Assembly: GCF_018350175.1 (NCBI RefSeq)
Contig: NC_058368.1
Coordinates: forward strand, 49,106,001-49,170,000
DNA: 64,000 bases
From: Felis catus
Lineage: Eukaryota
Direction of reading: 5' to 3'
Of the stretch, positions 13,670 through 28,278 are shown one piece after another. Position numbers and translations under genes: made by a program. Numbering within the stretch: position 1 is the stretch's first letter; every line of letters begins with the position of its first letter. The notes below the pieces were generated by a model. It saw only the letters and a list, made by a program, of their open reading frames with translations, ran no database searches and was not told where the DNA came from.

Positions 13670-15049
13670 TGTTTGAGAGTAGAGAAAATTTAAACCTAAT
13701 TATCTTCAGGGGGAGGGTTATAGATGAGCCAATTTACTGCATGGAATTTTGAGAACCTCAATGATTGGAGGAACCCCAGATAGAGAGAATGAAATGTTAT
13801 GCATAGAGTGGTGTTTCCCCAACGGCATTATTTTCTGGGAAATTTATATATTTTTCTGAATCCAGAGAAATATCAGTTGGGAAGATAGTAGAAAGAATTA
13901 TAATTCCCTTGCTGGAATTAAACTTAATAATTACCATAGTGATGTTTCTAGTTTGAAGAAATAGACTGATTTTAAGTTGGAAGAAAGAGCAGGAATCACT
14001 GATGCGCAGAGTAGGAGGATGAGACTGACATTTTTAGTATTAGGACATAAGCAGGGAGGAGAGAAGGAGTCAAGGTCTCATCAGTGGCTGCCGCCATGTT
14101 GTGAGTGTGTGTTTGTGGCCCCATCTGCTGCTAAGGGTGCATCATTCTTGCAAATACAATAAATATTAATATATTTATATATTGTTTATACAAATCCTTA
14201 AAATGTTGTTCCAAGAAATAACAAGTTCCAGAAGCAAAGTAAGTTCTTAAACTCGCAATTTCCACCCATGATTCTGTGTAGTGCTGTTCACTGTATATTG
14301 GGATGTTATGTTACTAAAATACCACCCAATAATGTTAGCTGTGTTTTTCAAGTGGCTGAAGATACTCCACAGGCTCAGTGGTTTGTAAATACTTTAGCAA
14401 AAGAAATACAAGGGGAGAAAGGTAAGAAAGAATACTGCTGCAGAATACTCAGACATAGAATTAGTTAACAGATCTAAGATCTCCATCAGCAAAAGTAATA
14501 TAAATTTTAATGCAAAACTAAATTCAGGGCAAGTGGCTGAAACATTTTCATCGCTAAAGAATAAAAATGAATTTTTATGTAGCAACATATACCCTAATGT
14601 TCAGCTTGACTCAACTTCCGGACTCCCTCTACCAACACTGTCACAAAATGAAAGGAATTTTTCTACAATAAGGAGAACTTGTTCCAAAATAAAGATAAAG
14701 ACTATTGGATAGGGTTATTAATGCTTTGTGCATTTAAGCTTTTCATTTTAAGAAAAAACCTTTTAAATCTTTTGCATATTTATTATATTTCAACACTGGA
14801 TGATTTTTATTTAGCATTTATTTTTATTTTGTGTTCTTATCTTTAAATGCTTTATATTATCAAATGTCTATATCAAATAGAGATCCTTTTTACATGTTAT
14901 TAAAATATATACCTTTGTCATAACAGTAATTCATAATAATCATAAACTATGCATTTATTACTATTTTTTTTTACCAAAAACCTCTGCAAATTTACACTTG
15001 TGATTTTAGACTATCATAAAAACATGGTTTACTTATTATTATGGTCACT

Positions 15050-16420
15050 CATTACTAAAAAGTGCTCAAGTGAAGCATTATGAAAAATATAGGTTAACTT
15101 ATGATTTGGGTCAGTCCAGACTGTATGGGAAATTTGCAAGCACAAAAGTAGAACTGAACACAAAACAGCTGGGGGAAGGTCTGTATAAAAAGGAACCCTG
15201 CTTAATCTTATAGTCAAGAGATTAGCCCCCTTTCCCACCTAAACCCCTAATCCACCACATCTCCAACCATGGGATACTGGAGGTTAAGTTTTTGGAGAAA
15301 CGTCTTCAGACCGAGGGAGTCTGCAGTGGAGATCTAAGGTGACCTATGGGTTGAAAAGTACAGATCAATTCCTAGATATTTTACTCTTACTCTAACCCCT
15401 TTAAGCCCCAAAATATTACTGGCCAGCCAGAAACTGTCTCTAACTTGCTTGTCCTCTTCCTGCCCTGTCAAATTCAGGAGCATGGAGAAGTCAGTAGCCC
15501 AAGTTTATGCAGGGAGTAACTTCTCCCAACATGAACGTGTGCTTGACCCTCATCCACAAGTCATTTCACTGCACATCAGTCAGGGTTTCAGTGACTTATG
15601 CTTAAATAAGAATGATAGCCAAATTAAAGAATTCTTAAGAATTTAAGGAAAGCCTCCAACATGAAAGACCGAGGCCAAAACAAGCCAACTCACAATAACA
15701 GTAAAACGAAAGGACCCTGAAGAGTCACAGACAGGAAATAAAAAAAAAAAATCAGGTGAGAATAAAAAATGTCATACAAAAGAATTACAAGGGCAATGGC
15801 TTCAGACTTTTTGACAGCAACACTAAAAATTAGAAGGCAGTGAAGTATTGCCTTTGAAAGTCCTTTCTGGGCAAAATTATTTTCAACCCATAATTATATA
15901 TCCAGACAATATATATTAATTAAATATGATGTTAAAAGCATTGAAAATCATGTGCTATTATCATTTTTTTTTTTGGAAACTACTGGAGAATGTTCTTCAA
16001 AACAAATGAGTAGCTATTTGAGAAAGAAGGATACTTGGGATTCAGGAAATGAAAGATCATCCAGCTCAAGAGAAATCTGAAGGGAAGCACCAGATGTAGA
16101 CAGCAACAATATACACTAGAATCAGGTGGCAGAACACAGTGGGAAGAATGTCTCCAAAAGAAGGAAAAGGGGAACTGATCATTTATTTCATATATATGGG
16201 CACTTGGGAAAACATCCACAGTTATCTGAGAGATCTGTTGAGCATTTAGAAAAAGAAGTGACAAGGTCACCAAAAACTAAAAGAGACAGACAGAGACAGA
16301 GAGAGAAAGGACCATAGCATATTGCTTGATACAGTTTTGAAAAGATTTGTTGTCTTAGTTACATAAACAGTTGATTATTTAACCCAAATGTGTATTAAAA
16401 CAATATTGCGGGGGCCAGAG
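15050..16420 (+). mobile_element. Ancient L1 (L1M/HAL1-like) 5'/ORF1 remnant
   Basis: 'ggcttcagactttttgacagcaacactaaaaattagaaggcagtg...ttttcaacccataattatatatccag' resembles the decayed L1 ORF1 3' half. Confidence 0.65.
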
Positions 16421-16429
16421 TGGCAAAGA

Positions 16430-16692
16430 ACTGATGTCTCTGGCCAGCAGCTAATGCTTACTGAGGACCAGATGACCAATAGTCATGTGAGTGAGCATAG
16501 TGGATCCTCTCTCACTTCAGCTTTAAGGTGGCTGAAGCCCTGGTCAATACCTTGAATGTAGCCTTCTGAAAGGATCCTGAGTCAGAGATATTCAGCTAAG
16601 CTGCTCCAGGATTTCTGAAATAACAAATATTTGTTGTTTCCAGTTGCGAAGTTTTGGAGTAATTGGTTCTGCAATAGTAGATAACTAATACA
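16430..16692 (+). mobile_element. MLT1-type MaLR LTR, 3' part
   Basis: 'catgtgagtgag', 'cagctaagctgctcc', terminal 'gcaatagtagataactaataca'. Confidence 0.8.
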
Positions 16693-16721
16693 TGTTTCTT
16701 TTATTAGAAATAATATGGCCA

Positions 16722-17152
16722 TATAGCTATGGAAAGAGCTTAAATGTCCATCAACTGATGAATGGATAAAGAAATTGTGGTTTATATACACAATGGAATA
16801 CTACTTGACAATGAGAAAGAATGAAATATGGCCTTTTGTAGCAACGTGGATGGAACTGGAGAGTTATGCTAAGTGAAATAGGTCATCCAGAGAAAGATAG
16901 ATACCATATGTTTTCACTCTTATGTGAATCCTGAGAAACTTAACAGAAGAGCATGGAGGGAGGGGAAGGAAAAAAAAAGTTAGAGAGGGAAGGAGGCAAA
17001 CCATTAGAGACTCTCAAAAACTGAGAATAAACTGAGGGTTGTGGGGGTGGGAGGGAGGAGAAAGTGGGTGATGGGCATTGAGGAGGGCACCTGTTGGGAT
17101 AAGCACTAGGTGTTGTATGGAATCAAATTTGACACATTTCATATATAAAAAA
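16722..17152 (+). mobile_element. 5'-truncated felid L1 3' end
   Basis: Same family as 12989-13669 in the opposite orientation; 16-bp TSD agaaataatat(g/a)gcca at 16706-16721 / 17153-17168. Confidence 0.95.
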
Positions 17153-17329
17153 AGAAATAATATAGCCAGCAAGGACAGTAATCTTTAATTATATAATATT
17201 ATTCTGTTTGATATAGAACCATGGAGTTTTTCTATTTTAGAATTTGTTAGTGGCCGAGAAGATGCTTTGCTTCCTTCACTTTGTAGCTTAGGAAACATAG
17301 TGGAAGACTCAAACTCAGACGGACTATAG

Positions 17330-17925
17330 AAGAAATGCTTCTAATGATATTTTTGTTGGTCTAAATCTGTTGGAGAGGATCGTCACAACTGACATTCTGA
17401 GGTAATGGCCATTCTAACCTTATCCACTGTCACTTTGGCTTAGTGATCTCAATATGGATAATATCCACAGCCTGAAGATATGATGTTTGTCACAGAAACC
17501 TATCTTCCAGCCCACAGAAGACTGGTTGATGTAGACATCTGATTTTAGCTAAGCCAATAAGATCCTCCCCAAAACTTAGAATAGGAGCACATTGATGGAG
17601 TCATTTAACTGTGGAGATCTAAAAAGAGTGTTACACAGATGTAGGGTCTACATATAGGCATCATGGGACATGTTTGTATAGAGAAACAAGAAGACAAGAT
17701 AGTTTGCAGAGTCATAAGCCTGAAGCCAACAGACAAAAAGAACCATTGTCAAGCAACCCTGGAACTATATGCATGTGCGTGTGTGTATGTGTGTGTGTGT
17801 GCGTGTGCACGCATACATGGTTCCTTTAGCTAAAATTTCTTTTAAATGGACTCTGTGAGCATTTCTTCTTAAGTTAGTTTAGCTTTGGTGAATTTCTATT
17901 ACTTGCAAGTAAACCATCCCTGGCT
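17330..17925 (+). mobile_element. Old MLT1-like LTR fragment
   Basis: Degenerate motifs 'ctaagccaataaga', 'ttaagttagtttagctttgg...ttctattacttgcaa'. Confidence 0.55.
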
Positions 17926-18601
17926 GGGTTGGAAGTTAAAGCAAACCATCCATGGAGTTTTCCTGAAAGGTGAATGAAAGAAACCATTTCTTTATTTCTA
18001 AGCTTTAATCAGGGCTATATTCCAGAGATGCTGCCCCAAGAAGACACAAGACCAGTACACTAGCAGGGGCTTCATAAAAGCCATCATCAATAAAGAAGCA
18101 AAGAAATTGTGATTTATTTCTTTTGAAATATTTCTATATAAAATAAAGCTTTCTAAGTAACAGCTGATCCTAATAGGAACCATTCAATTTTATTCAGCAG
18201 TCTGTAGCATGGGAAAACTGACATTTTTTCCTGAATTTAAGGTCTTGCAGTTATAAAAACCACCTAAATAGGAGGTTATTTATTTGTATATATTTATCAA
18301 CATTGTAGGTGCATTTTTTAGATTATCTTATTTTCTTATTGATGTGGACCATTATGGATTCTAGCTCTGATACTAATTTTAAATCTCTTTTTAAGATTTT
18401 ACTATTTAGTATATCCATTCTTGAATTCAATGAAAATCAAAGATAATCCCAAAGATGACTAACTAAATTCATTATGCTCGCTCACTCCCTGCTTTATGTT
18501 GTGAAAATATCTGCTGGTTTGAAGCCAGACTGTATTCAATGACATTAATTTATTTAAGAAATGTCTGTTGAATCTCTTCTATTAGCACATGCTTTGTTAA
18601 A

Positions 18602-18789
18602 TTTTTTTCTTGTTTTTTGAGAGAGAGAGAGGGAGCATGAGCAGGGGAAGGGTAGAGGGAGAGAATCTTAAGCAGGCTCCATGCCTAGCATGGAACCCAA
18701 TGTGGGGCTCAATCTCACAACTGTGAGATCATGACCTGGGCCAAAATCAAGAGTCAGACACTTAACTGAATGAGCCATTTAGGTGCCCC
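18602..18789 (-). mobile_element. Can-SINE
   Basis: 'gagagaatcttaagcaggctccatg...gagatcatgacctgggccaaaatcaagagtcaga...aggtgcccc'. Confidence 0.93.
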
Positions 18790-20368
18790 TAATTTTTGAT
18801 AGATTTATACATTGGTGACCTCTATAACTTTTCTGAGTTTGGTTTCATGATCTATAAGATGGTAATACTTTTTATTTTTATATCTTTGTGTATGGATAAA
18901 TAATCATCCTACTTAGGGGTACATAGTAGATACACAGTAACTATTATTTTCCTTGTAACTATACATACACATGAACAAATGAACTTGAGCTATTTGGCAA
19001 CCATTTGGTCACTGGAACTATAAAACTTTAAGCAACAGGAGGGAAATATAATAAACCCTGGAGGTATAAGATGCCTGCAAACTGAGATAAAGTCAAATAC
19101 TGAGAATTAACTATTCATTAAAATACTACATGCACCAATGCAGCCCTTTCTTAGGCACAGTCTGAGCAAAGTTGTGAATCTAAACATAAGTACAGAAAGT
19201 CTGTTAGTGATTTTGGTCAGAAGGCTTATTACAAAACTCCGTGCACTTTTTTTGAAGACAGGTTGTTTCTTTCAAACTTCTGACTCTTATTTGACTTATT
19301 TTTCATAAATTAATAAGCTGCTTCCCAGCCCATATCAAATTAGGAAAAGCAAATTAAGAATAGAGCACACACCTAAAGCACATCAATAGACTCAAACAGC
19401 AGTTGACAATCTAACCAAGAGTTAAGGGGGTACGAAAATCAATGAAAGTAGTTACAATTATGCACACAGCCAAACGAACTGTTACAACTTAGCTCAATAA
19501 TTAATGTATAAAAGTATAAATATAACCAAAATATAAAGAAAAGGGCCAACAATGTTTGATATAGTCTTTTTAGCAGGGCAAGGTATTAAGTCAGAAAGAG
19601 CAGAACAAATTTTTATATAGAAAATAAATGGTAAATAGTTGAAGCTTTGAATATTATATTAAAATTTGGGGTAATCTTTCAAAGTCAATGATATGGAATA
19701 CAAGAGTCTCTGACAATACTGCATAACAAGTAATTATTTAATATATTCCATACAAAATCGAGCCATTTGTATTATTTAATAGTACAAATAGTTTATGTCT
19801 TTTAGCAAATATAAAAACATCTAATATAAGGTTATATAAAAAGATACAGGTACCAATTCAAATAATCAAATAATCTTTCCACTAAGTACTCCTGGCTCAT
19901 GAACTAGTACTAGAAAGCTATAAATTCCTTGGAACATTTATTTAAAAATATCATAGAGTAAACACAGCAGGAAACTGTATAAAGAATAAATTCATTTTGG
20001 TGTGTTACAGCATTGAAACTTTAAAGACTGTTATGTGTAGTATGACCCTGCAATAAAGCAAAAGCATAAGAATATATAAAGGTCAGACATTCAAACCTGT
20101 AGTCAGAGAATGAATAAAAGCAGACCAATTAAAGATTAATTCTTCCCCTTGTTAGTCGTAGGAACCCTTGTCATTACAGGTATATTGACTAGTATTAAAT
20201 GTAATTTAGTGCTAAAAATTCTACTCTGTTCCATGCTAGGTGTTTAATTTCTTTTATGTAATATTTTTTCTTGGTTAGAAACTATTTTATGTAAGAATCT
20301 GGAGCTTAATCTTGCATCATTTTATACTTCTCATATAAAAAAGAGAACTATCTCATAATATTTACCTG

Positions 20369-20544
20369 CAGGGTTTACTTCATGAATATATAATCTATGC
20401 AGCTACACTGGGCCCCACAGTCAGAAGGGGCTGTGCTTGGTTTACTGCTCTGACACCACCATTTTGAAATTTTCAATAATATTTTATCAAGGAGCCTGAA
20501 CTTCCATTGTACATGGGATTCTCCAAATTATGTTGGTGATCCTG
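20369..20544. mobile_element. MER91A-like hAT MITE
   Basis: Ends cagg...cctg; body 'gggccccacagtcagaagggg...gcttggttta'; 8-bp TSD tttacctg (20361-20368) / tttatctg (20545-20552). Confidence 0.85.
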
Positions 20545-20709
20545 TTTATCTGTTTTACAGATCTGCCCAATTAGTCTATGATTTTGGTATTAAAAATAAT
20601 ATTAAAAAATAAATATTCCCAATACATATATCACAATCAACCAGAAAACTAATTCTGAAGTATATGCCATTCTTTCCTCTTTTTCATATGCTACTCTCTT
20701 CTCTAGTTA

Positions 20710-21960
20710 CATAATTAAATGAGACAAGTAGACTAATGAAAGAGAGAGAGTCCAGAAACAGATTCCCATGTATATGCACACTTACTACTTGACAGATATG
20801 CTATTAGACATCAAGTGGAAAACGTGCAATAGACATCACAATATATGGTGCATTGGTAAAAAAAGAAAAATTATATTCCTAACTCTTATCAAATAAAAAA
20901 TCAAGTCTAGGTAGTCAAAAAACTAATTGTGAAAAGCAAAATGGAGAGTTATAGATGTGATTATATTAAAAATGTAATCTTCTGTTCAACAAGATACCCT
21001 AAAGGAAGTGAAAAGTCAAGCCATAAAATCTGAGAATATAGTTACACCGCATAATGACTAACATTTGGAAGGAAATTTCAAACAGTTCAATAGGAAAATT
21101 GGGCAAAAGATTTGAATAGGCACTTCAAAGAAGAGGAAACCTGAATCAACAATAAACATGTGAAAATACACTCAGATTCAGTAATAATCAGAAAAATGAA
21201 ATTAAAAAGCATGAGATACCATATTATACCCATAAGACTAGTAAAAAATTTGTCTATATATTACCAAATATCAGAGAGGATATGAATCAACAGAGATTTT
21301 CATATACTGCTGGATGTCTCATAAACTGGAACACTTCTTTAGAAAACAGATTAGTTTTCCTTGAACATGAAATGCACATGCCCCATGACACTCCCAATCC
21401 TATCTGTAGATTTTAAAATCTGTAGATTTTAATACATTAGATAAACTCTTATTCATCCATACAAAAGACATGTATAAGAAAATTTATAGTGGTGTAGATC
21501 TTCATAGAGTAGATTGAATATATAAAGGGAGATGTCATCATTATTTAATGGCATAATATAGCGATGAAAAGGAATGAACTACAGCTACAAATATCATCAG
21601 AGATGAATTTCACAATGGGCAAAAGATATGTATCAGTCAAAATAGTTGCATGGTATAATTCCGTTTACATAAGGCTCAAAAGCAAGCAAAACCAATCAAT
21701 ATATTGTTAGGGGCATATACACAAGGTGCTAAAATTATCAAGAAGAGTAATTATTCTTACATTTGTGAGGATAGTAGTTATTCTTAGGGATAGAAAGAGA
21801 GGGACATGGCAGCAAAGACAACTAGATAAGGGACATGTAATTTATTGGTAATGCTTATTTTTCAATGAGAGTATTAACTACTTTCACTTTGGCTTTGTTA
21901 TTATTTAAAATATACATGTAGGTTTTACGCATTCTCCTGATTTCATAATTTAAAAAATGC
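20710..21960 (+). mobile_element. Ancient L1ME-like ORF2 end and 3' UTR
   Basis: 'agtccagaaacaga', 'gggcaaaagatttgaataggcacttcaaagaagagga', 'tgagataccat', 'ggaatgaactacagctac'. Confidence 0.8.
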
Positions 21961-24019
21961 CTCATGTTTCAAGGCACTCGGAATCTAATGTCTACTGTAC
22001 TTAAAGGCAACATCTTTCAAGGAGATCTACATCTTGTTGACAAGCTTTCAGTGAAAGTGACAAATTAATTCCTAACTCTTGTACACACAATCTGCCAGGA
22101 GACACAGTATTATATTCATTTATGCATTAGAGATTTTTAAAAGAACATTATATGCGGGATCCTGTGCTATTTGTTTTTGTAATAAACATGAATATAATAC
22201 AGATCTGATTATAAGAAGGGCAGGTCTTAATGGAAAGAAAAGGCTCCAAATAGAATGGCAAGAATGCTGAATTTTGCAAAAAGAAGAATGATCTACACTT
22301 TCAAATCTTCAATAATATTTAAGGTTATGGGTTCCCCTCCAAAATATTTACTTTATAAGAAGAGGCAATATGAGAGTTCTTAAATACGAATTAGAGCTGG
22401 TTTGTAGAAATGAAGACTTTGAAGGAGACAGCTGCCATGGTGATGTACTTGAGTTTGGCCTCTACCTCTCATTTCTCTGCTGCCTTTGTGGAAAGGGCCA
22501 GGGTTTCTTCCATAATGTGGGTAAGAAGAGGTGGTGAGGAAGACAGAAATTGAAAATGTAGGTGGGTATTAAGCAGTGACGGGGCTTTTATGCTATTCTT
22601 CGGTATTTGGAATCTAAGTGGTGGAGAAACATCAAAGATTTTCAACCAGCACCGCCACGGCAAGCAGTCACATGTCTGCGCAGCTTAGAGTTAAAGGCAG
22701 AGAAAAGGCAAAAACAGATGTCTTCGTGAGAACAGAAAATGATGGGAAACAGTAAAAGCTAAGTTGATCAGCTAGAAATGAAAAACTCAACTTCCATAAA
22801 CATATTTAACTTTTTAAAACTGAGTATATGATTTGAATATGGGTAAGTGGAAGAGTGGAAGTTTTTTTCCTTCTTGATATGAGGATCTTTGAACAGTGCT
22901 TTGGATGGGGTGCAGTAGAAGTTTTTGCCTGGGGCACCATATTCTGAACCTAAAGCAAATATTCTCTCTGCATGACTTGTCTGCCTTTGACTTCATGGTT
23001 CCTTAAGGAATAATCAATACTATGTAAATTTCAGTCCATGGTACTGTGGCTCTATGTGCTTTAGAATATTCATTCCACAAGAACATTATTTCAAATGGGA
23101 GATGATATTACTGGTATTAAACTATTGAATAAACAGTATCTAAAATCATTACTGCTACTTCAGCTGGGAGATGCGAAGGTTGAGCTGTTTTTTATTGTCT
23201 TGCTTATATCTTCAGTTTGAGTCACTGAAAACTTAGTTACAGAAGGCAAGAATTTGAAGCATGCAGCTAGACACTGTAGTCTCAGCAAAAGAACCAGTGA
23301 TTGGCAGACCCTTCAAACTTGTCTCTCAATTTCCATGTCATCACATAGGTCTCTAACTACACTGAGAAGAGGACCTTGAATCAAGCTTTTTAAATGTTTC
23401 CTTGGAGAAAATTTATTCAGCCTCCAAAAGATTGAAATCATACCTGTACATTTCTACCTGTTTTTGCAGAGGTGGTGTTGCAAAATATTTTTAGCCTTAT
23501 AGAAGTGACACTTCACCAGCTAGCACCAGAAGAATGCTTTTGGAATCAGATACCAACATCATTATTAATGCTATGAAAACTGGTATTCTGTATTTAAATT
23601 TGGAGCCAGAAGAAAAAAATCTTTTTAACTTCTTATTTTTTAAATTATAAAATAAACATTTCCTCTATTAGGGATATTTCTTTCTTGTATTTCTATATTG
23701 AAGAAACTACATCAGCAGAATTTATCCCTATGGTGAATGCTGTTCTTAAAATACCAAGAGGAAGACATCAGTGACTTGATCTTCAAATGCTAACATAATA
23801 AAGAGATTTGACCATATGGTGTTTCTTACTGTGTCATTTAACATGCATTGTTCTCAGTTTCCAAATCGATATTGTCATATGTATTTTTGCTCTATCAACT
23901 TACTTTATGACTAAGTGAATGAAGAAAAATGTAAAACTTTGGTAGGCTTCCAAGCATCAAATAGAAAGTATTATTAAAATAATCTAAAATTTCTAAAGAA
24001 CAATGAAATAGACTCTTCA

Positions 24020-24190
24020 TCTCCCTTCTCCTCAATGTATGATCTAAGGATTAGCGGCATCAGCCTTATTTGGGAGCTTACTAGAAATGCAGAATCCAGG
24101 CTCCACCCCCGATCAGCTGAATCAGAATCTGCATTTGAGCAAGGACTCCAGGTCATTACAATGCACATCAGTCTGAGAAGCCCCCTTATG
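24020..24190. mobile_element. MER5A-like MITE
   Basis: 'gggagcttactagaaatgcagaatccaggctccaccccc...ctgaatcagaatctgcattt'. Confidence 0.8.
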
Positions 24191-25814
24191 GCTGATCTGT
24201 ACAAATATACCAATGTGAAAATTTGGTCATATGAGTCGTAACTTTACCCAGAGACCAGAATCCTAAAAATGGGAATTCTTTACAGGAAATACCGTGATTG
24301 TAGTTTGCAATGATTGAACTTCGGATCTTTTAGTAAAAATAACCTAGCTGAGTTAAATTGTACATAAGGAGAAAAGTAATTTCTATGGTAACCCAGGTTT
24401 CCTAGGTGTTTAGAATTAGGAAATTGAAAGGTAATCGGTATAGTTGCTAGGGTACAATCATAATGGATGAAATTCTTTGCCAAATGACAAATGAGTGAAT
24501 GGCTACAATCTGGCACCAAACTGAGATTCCTGCTGTTTTTTCAATGGTAACACATAAAGTACTTGCTACCAATTTTGAGATTGCTGTGACATGATGAAAT
24601 ATAAAAAGTCATCTCAATATCTGAGAGAAAAATGGTGTCCAAAATGTCCATATTTATAGTGCAAGGGTAAGATTCTTCTGAAACACGGCCAATTTATTAT
24701 GACCAAGAACTCATAATAATAGTATCCATCTTGAGCATGTGAAAACAATGTTTTGAAAAGAAAACATACCTGGGAGAGATAATTAGTGATTATTAAAATA
24801 CCATTTAGATTTTTTTATACTATAAATCAGAATTCAACCATATTAATTTTGAATCAAACTTTTTCTTTTTTTGCAGTGCTGTCAGACTAACGTATGGCTG
24901 AAAGTATGGGTTAAGTGTAGAAAAGTATGTACTCTTAGTGTTATCTCCCTCCTAGGTACTCTCACAACACCTTCCCCTTATGTCCTTCTATTACGTTATT
25001 CCCTCCTTTGGAATACAGTTGGTGTCTTACTAATCTTTGCATTTGCATCACAGCAGCCAAGTAGATTGAACATTACAATTACTTGACAAATATTTATGGG
25101 ATTTAATTTTACATGATTTCCCAGTGTCCAATACTCTGCATCCCAATTGTTGGGCTACTGAATTGTTTTCTAGCTCCCAGCTCCTGGCTAATGATTCTGG
25201 GTTCTTTGACTCCTGGCTCTGATTACCCAAGTATTCTAGTTCCAACTTACCTCAGATTTGTACTTGAGAAAAACAATTGCTTCTCAACTTCCTGTTGAGA
25301 TCTTAACCTCACTTTGACCTTCACTGAACTCATGACTTACGCTTGAATTGAATGCTGGACTTGAATACACTTTCTGAATTCACATCTCCACACACCTACT
25401 CCTTGGCTAACTGTTCCCGGTTGTGCTCTTTTCTCTGCCATTGTCCAAGACCCTCACTAACCTAGGATTGCCAGGCCTTCCTCCTGGCCCTCATCATGAT
25501 AATAAGGCCTAAGTTACATGGAAGGCACTCAAACTCTATCTTATCCTAGGCTAGCTACGATGGCTGATTATTCTGAAGAGGCATTTGCAGTAGAAGAGAA
25601 AAAAAAATAGTACTGCTTCATACATGTATGTCTCGTGCACAGTAGGACACTCAACCCATTTTGTTAAATCAAGTGAACTTTCACAAAACCCTATTCTAGA
25701 CAAGATGCTTTGTTACAGACTTGGGATGGATGCAATGGAAAGTGGAAGAGATTGAAAGATGAGTAAGACATAGTATCTTCCTTCAATGGGTGGGTCTGTT
25801 AGCATAAATCAGGC

Positions 25815-25985
25815 CTCCTAGCTCTGCCACTTACTAGCTATTTGATCTTCTTAATGGCACTTAAGCTGTTGTGACCAGTTTTTTCAGTTGTCAAAAAGAG
25901 GGTAATTGTTCCTACCTCACAGGTATGTTTTAGGGAGTATCTAGCATAGTGCATATGCATATATTACATGTTTAATAAATAGTAG
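25815..25985 (+). mobile_element. MIR fragment
   Basis: 'ctctgccacttactagct', 'cctacctcacagg'. Confidence 0.7.
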
Positions 25986-26067
25986 ACAAAGCTTGCCAGA
26001 ATCTTGTCTTCATTTGATCATTTTCATTAAAATTAGCTTAACATATTTTAGATCTGACTTTTGTACA

Positions 26068-26245
26068 TTTCTCAAAACTTGGTTTTCTACCCTGATGGGT
26101 CATTAGAATCACTTTGGAAGCTTTTCAGGTCCTCAGCCCCCAAATTCTGATTTAATTAGTCTGGGCTGAAAATGAAGGAAGAAGTCAGTGATTTTGAAAA
26201 GCTCTCATGTGATTCAAACGTGCAGCCAAAGTGGAGAACCACCTT
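26068..26245. mobile_element. MER5-like MITE
   Basis: 'ttctcaaa...cattagaatcac...ttctgatttaattagtctggg...gtgattc...gcagccaaagtggagaaccac'. Confidence 0.75.
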
Positions 26246-27351
26246 GATAAGATGATTAAATTCAGTTTTATTCTCTTCATTGTGACTACAAATATTGAAC
26301 TCACCTGTGTACTCTGGATGTCACAGACCCTATCTCATCATCTTTTCCCTAAATCAGGGAAATGATACTAAACAGGTTTCGCAAAGATGTCACGGTCTAG
26401 GTTAGAAAATCTGTATAATTATCATCAAGCATAACTCGATGCTGCTTTCCTCCCCCAGAAACATTTTAAATTTCCTTTAGAAATAAAAACTAAGAGCTTT
26501 CTTAGGTGGATGGTGGGTGGATATAGGAATTTCTGATATAATAAAGTTACCAACAAGGATTTGGCTTTAACTCTATAATCATATTGTATGTATGTCTCAG
26601 ATACATTGTCTGACAATATGAATATACTTATAGGGATAATGGAATAGAATATTTGAAATTGGTCTGACCCTTACCACCTGGAAAGAATGACTACCATACA
26701 TCTAGATTTTTTAAAACTGCAGGTCCTACAGAAGAATCAGTCTACCTAACTTTAATCTGAGAGGCAAAATCCCACTTCTAAGAGGCCTTAATTTCTAATA
26801 CCCTAGACATTTTCCATGTGATTCTTTACAATTCAGTGTATGTCTAAAAATTGTGAGCCTGAGTTCTTGAAGTAGTCCCTGAATGAGAATCACTGACTTC
26901 ACTTAAATTTCTAATGCCTGAACATGAAAAGATGCTATCAATGTCCCGAGAAACAGCAATCATGAACTTGGTACTAGACCACAGTACAATGATCTCCAAA
27001 CCTACAATGAAAGGAGCTTATGATAAAGTCAGGTGTAATAATAGTTCCTGTCCCCTGAGATTCCATTAATTTCTCCAGCTTTTGAGGAATACTTTGGAAT
27101 ATCTTTAGGAGCCAAGATTCAAGGTATATCTTGGTTATGGGAGACATTTAAGAAATTTAATGGAGTAGGAAATACTAATCAAGACTACAATGAGATATCA
27201 CCTCATACCTGTCAGAATGGCTAAAATTAACAACACAGGAAACTACAGATATTCCCAGGATGTGAAGGGGGATCCCTCTTACACTGTTGGTGTGAATGCA
27301 AACTGGTACAGCCACTTTAGAAAACAGTATGGAAGTTCCTAAAAAGTTAAA

Positions 27352-27558
27352 GGGGTACCTGGGTTAAGCGTCTGACTCTTGATTTTGGCTCAGGTCATGG
27401 TCTCACGGTTTGTGGGATTGAGTTCCGCATCAGTGCTGATAATGCATCTGGGCTATCGGCATAGAGCCCGCTTGGGATGGTCTCCCTCTATTTCCACCCC
27501 TACCCCACTGACACCTTCTTTCTCTCTCAAAACCAATAAATAAACTTTAAAAAAAAGA
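27352..27558 (+). mobile_element. Can-SINE nested in L1
   Basis: 'ggggtacctgggttaagcgtctgactcttgattttggctcaggtcatg...ctcaaaaccaataaataaac'. Confidence 0.9.
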
Positions 27559-27727
27559 TAGAACTATCCTATGATACAGCAATTGCACTACTTGGTACTT
27601 ACCCAAAGGATACAAAAATATTGATTTGAAAGGACACATGCATCCCAATGTTTATGGAAGCATTAGAACAATAGCCAAATTATGGAAAGAATCCAAATGT
27701 CCATCCACTGATGAATGGATAAAGAAG

Positions 27728-27770
<43 letters not shown>

Positions 27771-27904
27771 AATATCACTCAGCCATCAAAAAGAATGAAA
27801 TCTTGACATTTGCAATGACATGGATGGAGCTACAGAGTATTATGCTAAGTGAAATAAGTCAGAAAAAGACAAATACCATATGATTTCACTCATACATGGA
27901 ATTT

Positions 27905-28278
27905 TTTTTTATTTTATATATGAAATTTATTGTCAAATTGGTTTCCATACAACACCCAGTGCTCATCCCAAAAGGTGCCCTCTTCAATACCCATCACCCA
28001 CCCTCTCCTCCCTCCCACCCCCCATCAACCCTCAGTTTGTTCTCAGTTTTTAACAGTCTCTTATGCTTTGGCTCTCTCCCACTCTAACCTCTTTTTTTTT
28101 TCCTTCCCCTCCCCCATGGGTTCCTGTTAAGTTTCTCAGGATCCACATAAGAGTGAAACCATATGGTATCTGTCTTTCTCTGTATGGTTTATTTCACTTA
28201 GCATCACACTCTCCAGTTCCATCCACGTTGCTACAAAAGGCCATATTTCATTTTTTCTCATTGCCACATAGTATTCCA
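27905..28278 (-). mobile_element. Young felid L1 3' end nested antisense in the older L1
   Basis: Near-identical to 13030-13400; flanks catggaattt (27895-27904) / cattgaattt (28277-28286). Confidence 0.95.

Noticed and set aside
14060..15020. Possible ancient DNA-transposon remnant or ORF 14268-14468
   Set aside because: Could not identify terminal inverted repeats, a TSD or a transposase motif.
22407..22521. Possible exon (tttgtag ... gtgg/gtaaga) with open frame NEDFEGDSCHGDV...
   Set aside because: Weak polypyrimidine tract, no recognisable protein, no partner exons found.
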